Of a stretch of DNA of 64,000 nt, positions 1-7,704 are shown piece after piece (position 1 is the stretch's first letter; each line of letters opens with the position of its first letter). The stretch comes from Phycisphaeraceae bacterium (lineage in GTDB: Bacteria; Planctomycetota; Phycisphaerae; Phycisphaerales; UBA1924): assembly GCA_019636515.1 (NCBI GenBank), contig JAHBXI010000003.1, positions 641,478 through 705,477 of the forward strand. Reading direction: 5' to 3'. The notes below the pieces were generated by a model. The model searched no databases. It was given only the letters and a program-made list of their open reading frames with translations, and was not told the origin of the DNA. A program made the translations under genes and the position numbers.

Positions 1-1298
1 ACGCGATGGAGCACATGCGCGAGCAGCGCGTCAAGCAGATCGCCAGCCGGATCGTCGAAGCAGCCCTCGGCGTCGGCATCGAGCGCGATCGGGTCTGGAA
101 CGATGAGAAGAAGAAATGGCGATACGCGAAGCGCCCGCGTAGCCCGCTCTATCACGAGGACGGTGAGGGTACCCCCCACGGCGACCCGCGTTTCAAGACC
201 TGCCACGCCGTCGTCATCGAGAACCTGCGCAACTACCGCCCCGATGAACTCCAGACCCGGCGCGAAAACCGCGCCCTGATGAACTGGTCCGCCGGCAAGG
301 TCCGCAAGTACCTCGAAGAGGCGTGCGAACTCCACGGCCTGCACCTGCGCGAGGTCATGCCCAACTACACCAGCCGCCAGTGCAGCCGAACAGGGCAACC
401 CGGCATCCGCTGCATGGACGTGTACGTCGATCCGATAGCCGGCGAGCCGAAGGCGTACTGGTGGAAGAAGGCGCTCAGCGCCGCAAGGAAGAAAGCCGGC
501 AACGGTGATCAGAGCGAGAAGAGGGGCGATGGCGAGTCGCGCTTCATCATCGACCTCGCTGATCAACTCGTCAAATTCAAGGCCGACGGCAAGCCGCTGC
601 CCGAGACCGTGCGTGTTCCCCGTAAGGCCGGCGACCTGTTCGTCGCAGCGCCGCCGTGGTCCTGCCATGCTGACGCCCATCGACCGTGCCCGCTCTGCGA
701 TGCCAAGCGCGCTGTGCAGGCCGATCTCAACGCCGCCGCCAACATCGGCCTGCGGGCACTGCTCGACCCCGACTTTCCCGGCAGGTGGTGGTACGTGCCG
801 GCCGCGATGGACAACGAGGGATGGCGCGTCCCCGCCCCGAAGAGTTGCACGGGGGCCGCCTGCCTCGATGGTTGGAAGGTCGCGCAGAAGGATGGCTGTT
901 TCAGAACGGACGGAACGCCGCTCGGCACGGCTGACGATGAATCCGTCAAGAGAGCCGAAGAAGCGGTGGCCTCCGCAAAGAAGGTGCTCGATGCAGCCAA
1001 GAAGGCCGCGAAAAAGCCCGGCGCGGACCAGACGGGACTCTGCACAGCGAAGGAGTGCCACGAAAAGGCCAAGGCGGCGCTGAAGGATGCGAAAAAGGCT
1101 GCGTCGCAGAAGGAGATCGTCAACATCTGGCAGGATCCCAGGACCGATCGGCCACAGCCCTCCGCTGGTCGTTGGCGGGAGACCACCGCCTACTGGAGCA
1201 TCGTCCGCGCCCGCGTCATTTCTCGCCTCCGGGCCGCGACTGGATTGGATGAGCCGGAGGGCGCTGAGCCGATTGCTGACCAAGACGTGTCTTGCTAG
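1..1298 (+). CDS. cas12b: Cas12b-like type V CRISPR effector, C-terminal fragment (gene continues upstream of the window)
   Basis: The ORF is open from base 1 and stops at 1298. It contains a RuvC-II-like HAVVIENLRNY motif, a TnpB-like YTSRQCSRTG motif, a CHADAHRPCPLC zinc finger and a RuvC-III ADLNAAANIG motif. The tail (AYWWKKAL ... GRWRETTAYWSIVRARVISRL) resembles the AacCas12b C-terminus from memory (PWWLNKF ... GNWTRQKEFWSMVNQRIEGYLVKQIR). A CRISPR array starts 350 bp downstream on the same strand. Confidence 0.8.
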   Translation, partial: AMEHMREQRVKQIASRIVEAALGVGIERDRVWNDEKKKWRYAKRPRSPLYHEDGEGTPHGDPRFKTCHAVVIENLRNYRPDELQTRRENRALMNWSAGKVRKYLEEACELHGLHLREVMPNYTSRQCSRTGQPGIRCMDVYVDPIAGEPKAYWWKKALSAARKKAGNGDQSEKRGDGESRFIIDLADQLVKFKADGKPLPETVRVPRKAGDLFVAAPPWSCHADAHRPCPLCDAKRAVQADLNAAANIGLRALLDPDFPGRWWYVPAAMDNEGWRVPAPKSCTGAACLDGWKVAQKDGCFRTDGTPLGTADDESVKRAEEAVASAKKVLDAAKKAAKKPGADQTGLCTAKECHEKAKAALKDAKKAASQKEIVNIWQDPRTDRPQPSAGRWRETTAYWSIVRARVISRLRAATGLDEPEGAEPIADQDVSC

Positions 1299-1627
1299 AA
1301 TGACCGCAATCGCCCACGGGGCGAGGGAATCCCGAGCACGTGTCTTCGCCTTCAATGGCCCTGGCACTCGGCATCAATCAGGCTCGCGTTGGCTCCGCCC
1401 GCTGGAGGGGGAGCCGGTGTTCTTTGACAAGTCGGCTTCCCGCGGCCCCGCTGGTGGGGGTGGGGGGGCGAGTGCGATGGTGGTGAAGAGGGGTGCCGGG
1501 CACGCTCGCACTCCCCGGTTTTCGGCTGGAATCCGTGGTTTTTGCCGCGTCCAGAGATCAGAAAATGACGGTCCGATCGCTCCAAAACCGCTCATGCTCG
1601 CCAGAGGCCGCGCAAGTGGCTTTTTTT
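1299..1627 (+). ncRNA. CRISPR leader and candidate tracrRNA, with a putative anti-repeat at about 1601-1620 and a T7 run at 1621-1627
   Basis: CAGAGGCCGCGCAAGTGGCTT followed by TTTTTTT is imperfectly complementary to repeat positions 8-24 (AAGCCCACGCGGCCCUG), with bulges. It sits between cas12 and the array on the effector strand. This is a hypothesis only. Confidence 0.3.
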
Positions 1628-1648
1628 CAAGGCTTTGCGAGTGCGGCA

Positions 1649-2605
1649 GCCGCGGAAGCCCACGCGGCCCTGATGGATGGACACGCTTTCGTAGTTGCCC
1701 AGCCCGCCAACGCTACCACCGCCGCGGAAGCCCACGCGGCCCTGATGGATGGACACTTCTCCTTGCCCTCTTGGGCGGTCCCCGACTCACTCGCCGCGGA
1801 AGCCCACGCGGCCCTGATGGATGGACACTTGGCGAAGGTCGTGGCGGCCTCCGGCGTCGGGGCCGCGGAAGCCCACGCGGCCCTGATGGATGGACACCTG
1901 TGTCCCGCCAGGCCATCGCCATCACACTCAGCCGCGGAAGCCCACGCGGCCCTGATGGATGGACACATCACATGGCCAGCGCGAGGATCACCGGTGTCGG
2001 CGCCGCGGAAGCCCACGCGGCCCTGATGGATGGACACGCGTGGACCGGGATGAGATGTGTGGCACAGGACGGGCCGCGGAAGCCCACGCGGCCCTGATGG
2101 ATGGACACGGATCGTCCTTGGCGGGTAACGAGTCGCCGCCGCAGCCGCGGAAGCCCACGCGGCCCTGATGGATGGACACCGCGCCGAGTGTGGGCTGTAC
2201 TGCCGCCCGCGGCGGCCGCGGAAGCCCACGCGGCCCTGATGGATGGACACGCTTCGAGTTGCGTACGGCCCTGCATGAAGTTCTGCGCCGCGGAAGCCCA
2301 CGCGGCCCTGATGGATGGACACACGATGTCGTCCTGCTCGCGCCAGTCTCGGACATCGCCGCGGAAGCCCACGCGGCCCTGATGGATGGACACAGATTGC
2401 CCAAGATGTACGGAATCGTGCCCCGCTTGCCGCGGAAGCCCACGCGGCCCTGATGGATGGACACGAGACCATGTGGAGCGACTTCCGGATGGCCGCGGAG
2501 GCCGCGGAAGCCCACGCGGCCCTGATGGATGGACACCGCTGGGTGGCCGCCGAGGTGTGCGGGTACGCCGCCGCGGAAGCCCACGCGGCCCTGATGCACG
2601 GGCAT
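1649..2605 (+). CRISPR. CRISPR array of 14 repeats and 13 spacers; the 36-nt repeat is GCCGCGGAAGCCCACGCGGCCCTGATGGATGGACAC
   Basis: Repeats start at 1649, 1721, 1793, 1862, 1931, 2002, 2073, 2144, 2215, 2287, 2357, 2428, 2501 and 2570. Spacers are 33-37 nt and all unique. The last repeat is degenerate (…CTGATGCACGGGCAT), so the leader is at the cas12-proximal end. The repeat carries a 5' hairpin (GCCGCG/CGCGGC) and ends in GGACAC, like the Cas12b GGCAC ending. Confidence 0.97.
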
Positions 2606-2711
2606 GGCGGCTTGTGGTTCGGACGGCCGACTCGGTTTTTAATCGAGCGGTGTCCGCGTCATCGCCATCACGCGCCCCGCGCGTCCCCTCCCCGACGCGT
2701 CCCCCCCGCGC

Positions 2712-3071
2712 CTACCCCCGCACCAACTCCTTGAATCCACCGCACGCCATCCGCTTGCAGTCAAACGGCATCGCCTTGGGGTCCATGCACTCGGCCAGCC
2801 GCGAATCCTTCATCACCTTCTTGTTCACGCGGTCGCGGTGCGCCCGCGACTTGTACACGATCCACGCGAACACCACCGTCTCACCGGGGCGGGTCTTGGC
2901 CATCTTCGGGAACGGCGTGCAGAACGTCGTGTTCACATCGTCCGCCACGCACTCGTGATACGCCAGGGCCCCGTGCTCCATCCACACCTTGCTCGCCTTC
3001 TTCGCCAGCGCCTTGTACTTGGCCAGGTTCTTCGTCGGCACCGGCAGCACGAATCCATCCACGTAGTTCAT
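2712..3071 (-). CDS. DUF1428 family protein
   Basis: 119 aa with an MNYVDGFVLPVP N-terminus typical of DUF1428. Confidence 0.75.
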   Translation of the reverse strand: MNYVDGFVLPVPTKNLAKYKALAKKASKVWMEHGALAYHECVADDVNTTFCTPFPKMAKTRPGETVVFAWIVYKSRAHRDRVNKKVMKDSRLAECMDPKAMPFDCKRMACGGFKELVRG

Positions 3072-3151
3072 TCCAACTTCCCTTCATTGAGTGGTTGCCA
3101 ATTCGATCGCCTCTCGGCACGATCCTACCCGTTCCCGCGCCGCTTTGCCCA

Positions 3152-3607
3152 TCACCCGCTCCCCCGGCCCGCCAGTTCCCGTATCCGCTCGATCCCGTAG
3201 TCCCACCCCGACTCGACCCCCTCGATGTCGTCGTCGGGCATCAGCCCCATCGCCCGGTGCGTCAGCGTCAGCCGGGTCCCGCTCCCCTCCGCCGCCAGGC
3301 GGTACCGTACGAAATTGACCGCCGGGTACGACATGAACATCGGCCCGGAGATCTCCAGCAGGCGCGGCGGCTTGACCACCTGCACCGTTCCCCAGAAATG
3401 CCCGGCCCGGTTCCCCAGGTCCCGGTACCAACGCCCCCCGGGCCACAGTTCGATCTTCATCGGGAACGCCACGTCCCCGGGCATCCGCGATTCCTCGCCA
3501 AGTTCATCCACCACCGCCCGGAACGTCGCCTCGATCGCCGCCTCGATGAACACATCCCGCTGGATGTGCAGCGACCGGATTGCCTCCCCCGTCTCGTTCT
3601 TGACCAT
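3152..3607 (-). CDS. SRPBCC (Aha1/AHSA1-like) domain protein
   Basis: 151 aa with an activator-of-Hsp90-ATPase-like fold signature, downstream of ArsR in the same orientation. Confidence 0.7.
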   Translation of the reverse strand: MVKNETGEAIRSLHIQRDVFIEAAIEATFRAVVDELGEESRMPGDVAFPMKIELWPGGRWYRDLGNRAGHFWGTVQVVKPPRLLEISGPMFMSYPAVNFVRYRLAAEGSGTRLTLTHRAMGLMPDDDIEGVESGWDYGIERIRELAGRGSG

Positions 3608-3647
3608 GTGCGTTTCTCCTCGGCGGAGCGCGGCGATCCCGCGCGGG

Positions 3648-4064
3648 TCATAGGTACTTGCCCTTCCAGACCGGCCACGGCGGGATCACCGGCGCCTTCC
3701 CGGGCGTCGCCTGGGAGGAATCCCGGGATTCCTTCCCCCGGCGGGCCGTTCGCTCGGCCCGCGACTTGATCCTCGACAGGTGCTGGTCCCAGTGCTTCTT
3801 GAAGGTGTCGGCCCAGTCGCGCACCTCGCGCAGAGGCTCCCCTCGCACCGCGTACATACGCTCGCGCCCGCGCCGGCGAACCGCCACCAGGCCCGCCGCG
3901 CGCAGCACGCCCAGGTGCTTCGACACCGACGGCTGCGGGAGGGTGATCGACTCGATGATCTGGGTGACCGTCCGCTCCCCGCGGGCCAGCGCCAGGAGGA
4001 TCCTCCGCCGGCTGGGGTCGGCGACGGCCTGGAAGACATCGACGGCGGCGCGGGCGCGGGGCAT
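3648..4064 (-). CDS. ArsR/SmtB family transcriptional regulator
   Basis: HTH region DPSRRRILLALARGERTVTQIIESITLPQPSVSKHLGVLRAAGLV; classic ArsR-SRPBCC operon arrangement. Confidence 0.85.
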   Translation of the reverse strand: MPRARAAVDVFQAVADPSRRRILLALARGERTVTQIIESITLPQPSVSKHLGVLRAAGLVAVRRRGRERMYAVRGEPLREVRDWADTFKKHWDQHLSRIKSRAERTARRGKESRDSSQATPGKAPVIPPWPVWKGKYL

Positions 4065-4135
4065 GCCGGCATCATATTCCCAATTGAGAATATGTCAAAC
4101 CGGCGTTCCCGCACGCCCGGGCGGGGGTCGTTAGG

Positions 4136-5767
4136 ATGGGGGGGATGCCTTCGCCGGGCCTGGCCGAACCCCTGATCGAGATCCACCCCTCCCTGTGGGC
4201 GCTGGCGGCGCTGAACTGGGTCCTGCGCCTGGTGCTGGTGGTGGTGGTGATCCACAAGCGGCGGCCCAACGTCGCCCTGGCGTGGGTTGTGATCGTGCTT
4301 TTTCAGCCCGTGGCGGGCGGGATCCTGTTCCTGCTCATCGGCCGCATCCGGATCGACGCGACGACTACCCGCCGGTACGCGAGCCTGGCGGCGCGGAGTT
4401 TGGCGCTGGCGGCGCGGCGCGGGTCGGTGGATGTGCCCGCGCGGTTCAAGGACCTGGTGCGTCTGTCGGAATCGCTGAACCTTCACCCGCCGACGAGCGG
4501 CAACCGTGTCGGGCTTGTGGGTTCGCACGCGGGGTTCGTCGGGGGGCTGGTGGAGGACATCGACCGGGCGAGCGTTTCGGTGAGCGTGCTGTATTACATT
4601 TTCCTGGATGACCAGGTGGGGCGGGAGGTGGCCGGGGCGTTGTCGCGGGCGGCCGGTCGCGGGGTCCGGTGCCGACTGCTGGTGGATGCGGTGGGTTCGC
4701 GGTCGATCCTGTCGTCGCGTGCGGGGTCTTTGCGGGCGGCGGGCGTGGAGGTTCGCGCGGCGCTGCCGGTGCGGCCGTGGCGTGCCTTGCTGGTGCGGGC
4801 GGACATCCGCAACCACCGCAAACTGGCGGTGATCGACGGCCGGGTCGCCTGGGCGGGATCGCATAACATGTGCGAGGAGCACTACGGGCACTCTGGGTAT
4901 GGTCCGTGGATCGACCTGACGGCTCGCCTTGAAGGCCCGGCGGTGGCGCAACTGGCCCAGGTTTTCGAGGAGGACTGGTACGCGCAGACGGAGGAAGCCG
5001 CCGAGAGCGAGGCGCCCCTGCCGGAGGTCGATCCCGGGGTTGTACCCGAGGTGGTACCCCAAGCGGGGTCCCTGGCCCGGTCGGGATCGGGCATTGGAGC
5101 CGCGACGGAATCTGGAACCGCGACTGGATCCGGATCTGGACCTGGATCTGGACCTGGATATGGAGCGGCCATGGCGGCTGGATCGGCGGCCGGGCATGCC
5201 GAGCACGCCGGGGCGGGCATGGCGGTGGTGCAGGTCTTCCGCTCGGGGCCGACGGGTTTTCCGGACAGTCTCGAGCCTCTCTTGATCGCGGCGATGCACG
5301 AGGCGGAGGAGCGGATCGTGCTGACCGCTCCGTACTTTGTTCCGACGTCGGCGATCCTGCTGGCGCTGCGGATCGCGGTGCTGCGCGGCGTGCGCGTGGA
5401 CGTGATCGTTCCGGCGCGGAGCAATCACCCGCTGGTTCAGGCGGCGGGCCGGGCGAGTTTCGAGGAGGTCCTGGAGTCGGGGGTGAACATCCACCTTCAT
5501 TCACCGGGACTGCTGCACAGCAAGACGATGCTGGTGGACGATTCGTTCGCGTTGATCGGGACGGCGAATTTCGATGTGCGGTCCATCTCGCTGAATTTCG
5601 AACTCAAACTGCTGATCTTCGACCACGAGACGGTGCGGACGCTGGTGTCAATCCACGAGGGATACCTGCGTTCGTCGGTCCCGGTGTGCCTGGATGCGTG
5701 GGCTCGCCGCGGGCGGGCGCGGCGGCTGGGGGAGAACCTCGCCCGGCTGTTTACCCCTCTTCTGTGA
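4136..5767 (+). CDS. cls: cardiolipin synthase (PLD family, two HKD motifs)
   Basis: Two N-terminal TM helices, NHRKLAVIDG and LHSKTMLVDD HKD motifs, and GTANFDVRS. Confidence 0.9.
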   Translation: MGGMPSPGLAEPLIEIHPSLWALAALNWVLRLVLVVVVIHKRRPNVALAWVVIVLFQPVAGGILFLLIGRIRIDATTTRRYASLAARSLALAARRGSVDVPARFKDLVRLSESLNLHPPTSGNRVGLVGSHAGFVGGLVEDIDRASVSVSVLYYIFLDDQVGREVAGALSRAAGRGVRCRLLVDAVGSRSILSSRAGSLRAAGVEVRAALPVRPWRALLVRADIRNHRKLAVIDGRVAWAGSHNMCEEHYGHSGYGPWIDLTARLEGPAVAQLAQVFEEDWYAQTEEAAESEAPLPEVDPGVVPEVVPQAGSLARSGSGIGAATESGTATGSGSGPGSGPGYGAAMAAGSAAGHAEHAGAGMAVVQVFRSGPTGFPDSLEPLLIAAMHEAEERIVLTAPYFVPTSAILLALRIAVLRGVRVDVIVPARSNHPLVQAAGRASFEEVLESGVNIHLHSPGLLHSKTMLVDDSFALIGTANFDVRSISLNFELKLLIFDHETVRTLVSIHEGYLRSSVPVCLDAWARRGRARRLGENLARLFTPLL

Positions 5768-6566
5768 TGAAACCGGCGTCGTTCCAGGCGGCCAGGATTC
5801 GCGGGGCGGCCAGGTCGGGCCTTTGGATTGCCCGCAGGTCGGCGACGACCGGGCGCGTGTATCGGACGATGGAGAGGGCGGCGGCGTACGAGGTCAGGTC
5901 GAGTCGTCCGGTGGGTGAGCCGGCGGGGACCCGGGCGGCCCCGTCGTGGTCGGAAAGCCGGCACTGGGCCGGGGCCGCGCGAAGACGAGTGACGGTGTCG
6001 AAGACATCCTCGCCGGCGGAGAGGATGACCGCTGGGTCGATGCCGATGCCGATGGTGGACTCGGGTTCGGGGTTTGCGGCGTCGGAGGTTGAGTCGGCGG
6101 GACGGGGTGTTCGGCGGTGATCGGCGATGGTGATCCCCAGGCGTGCCGCGGCGGCGGCGAACTGCATCATGACGTCCGTTGCGATGCCCGCGGGAGTCTC
6201 GATGGCGACGACGGCCCGTCCGCGGGGTGCGGCGTGCGGAGTGGCGTCCAGGTCCGCGGCGAGTTCGATGGCGCCGAGGATGGCGGCGACGGCCCGGTCG
6301 ATGGTGGCCTGCTCGACAAGGTGCCGCGGGGGGATGAAGGCGTCGATGCCTGCCAGGGAGATCTGGCGGCGACGGAGGATGGAGGCCAGGTCGCGGCGGG
6401 CGGAGCGGTCGAGGTCTCTGGGTCGGAGTCCCGGGGCGGTGGCGTCGAGTTGGAGGTGCCGCGGGTTCAGCCCGGCGGCCCACTCGATCAGCGCGCGGGG
6501 GTCTTCGGATCCGCCGGGAGGGCGGATGCCGGAGAGGGAGAGTGCGACCGGTACGGTCGGGGGCAT
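5751..6566 (-). CDS. hypothetical protein (possibly TIM-barrel sugar-phosphate isomerase-like)
   Basis: The long ORF has its start trimmed to Met53. No motif I can name with confidence. Confidence 0.35.
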   Translation of the reverse strand: MPPTVPVALSLSGIRPPGGSEDPRALIEWAAGLNPRHLQLDATAPGLRPRDLDRSARRDLASILRRRQISLAGIDAFIPPRHLVEQATIDRAVAAILGAIELAADLDATPHAAPRGRAVVAIETPAGIATDVMMQFAAAAARLGITIADHRRTPRPADSTSDAANPEPESTIGIGIDPAVILSAGEDVFDTVTRLRAAPAQCRLSDHDGAARVPAGSPTGRLDLTSYAAALSIVRYTRPVVADLRAIQRPDLAAPRILAAWNDAGFITEEG

Positions 6567-6744
6567 GAGGTGTTGTATGCCCGCGGGGCGGGGGGGGTAC
6601 CCTTGCGTCGTGCCGCGACCCGATAACCAAGCGCGTGATCGAACGGGCGACCGATCCGCCGGGCGAAGCCCCGCCGGCCCGGCGGCGCGTGGACCCGGAC
6701 CTGGAAAGTCAAAGGTGGACAAGCGAGGGGTCTCGGCAAGCCGT

Positions 6745-7566
6745 GTGAAAGGAAGCGGCGCGAAGCCTGGCCGGTTGCCTGGCGCGTCGCGGGAGACGGT
6801 GGCGACGGCGGCCGAGCGCCGGCGGGCGCTTCGTCTGATGGCCGCGCTGGAGGGGCACTACCCCGAGGCGGCGTGCGAACTTGAGTACCGGACGCCCCAC
6901 GAGTTGCTGGTGGCGACGATCCTGTCGGCGCAGGCGACGGACGTGAGCGTGAACAAGGCGACGCCGGCGCTGTTTGCGCGATTCCCGACGCCGTCGTCGT
7001 ACGCCTCGTCGAGCGTCGCGGAGATCGAGCCGTACATACGGACGATCGGCCTTTTCCGTTCGAAGGCGAGGGCGATTCACGAATCGATGTCGCGCGTGTC
7101 GTCGGTGTTCGGGGGGAAGGTGCCCGAGACGATGGAGGAACTTCTGACGCTTCGCGGGGTGGCTCGCAAGACGGCGAACGTGGTGCTGGGAAACGCGTTT
7201 GGCCGCAACGAGGGGTTCGTGGTGGATACGCATATCGACCGGCTGTCCAAGCGGTTTGGGCTGGCGCGGCCGGGGGCGGGCGTCGGGGAGGTCGAGCGTC
7301 GGCTGATGGCGCTGTTTCCGCGGGAGTCGTGGTGCCAACTCTCGCACCGGTTCATATGGCATGGCCGCCGGGCGTGCCGGGCGCGCGGGTGTGACTGCTC
7401 TCATCCGGTCTGCGCGGTCTTCGGGCCGTGCGGCACCGACGGGCGGGCGGGGTCGTCGTGCGAGGGGTGCGCGGGTGGGAAACCTCGTTCCACCCTGGAC
7501 GGCACCGGGGTTTTCAAGGGTCCGAATCGCCGAAATAAAGTGGCGTTGGGCGTACGGATCGTATAG
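6745..7566 (+). CDS. nth: endonuclease III (Nth), GTG start inferred
   Basis: ELLVATILSAQATDVSVNKAT, LRGVARKTANVVLGNAFG and a C-terminal Cys cluster. The start was placed by alignment to E. coli Nth; the ORF-track ATG at 6127 is over-extended. Confidence 0.85.
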   Translation: MKGSGAKPGRLPGASRETVATAAERRRALRLMAALEGHYPEAACELEYRTPHELLVATILSAQATDVSVNKATPALFARFPTPSSYASSSVAEIEPYIRTIGLFRSKARAIHESMSRVSSVFGGKVPETMEELLTLRGVARKTANVVLGNAFGRNEGFVVDTHIDRLSKRFGLARPGAGVGEVERRLMALFPRESWCQLSHRFIWHGRRACRARGCDCSHPVCAVFGPCGTDGRAGSSCEGCAGGKPRSTLDGTGVFKGPNRRNKVALGVRIV

Positions 7567-7704
7567 GTTGAAGTGACCGCGTGGGTGCCTGGTTGCTTCC
7601 CCTGGCGGCGGTTGCGTTCACGGGGCCTCCTCCGTGGGGGTGGCCGTTGCGATTGGTTTGCCATTGGTTCGTCGCGGTTCATTCACCATCATCGAGGTTC
7701 AAGC

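Noticed and set aside
323-1252. Nested ORFs at 323-508, 505-1083, 563-1186 (-), 686-934 and 1055-1252 inside the cas12 fragment
   Set aside because: They are shadow ORFs in alternative frames of a GC-rich coding sequence, Arg/Pro/Ala-rich, with no motifs.
1087-2958. Multiple long ORFs on both strands across the CRISPR array (repeated SPRGPDGWT / AAEAHAALMDGH peptides)
   Set aside because: These are artefacts of translating the 36-nt direct repeats; the periodic identical peptides prove it.
3686-5504. 604-aa and 352-aa minus-strand ORFs antisense to cls
   Set aside because: They are Arg/Pro-rich low-complexity translations antisense to a well-supported cls gene.
6127-6744. Upstream 200-aa extension of the nth ORF
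   Set aside because: It is an Ala/Arg-rich extension with no homology. The Nth alignment places the start near 6745, and the region overlaps the convergent minus-strand gene.
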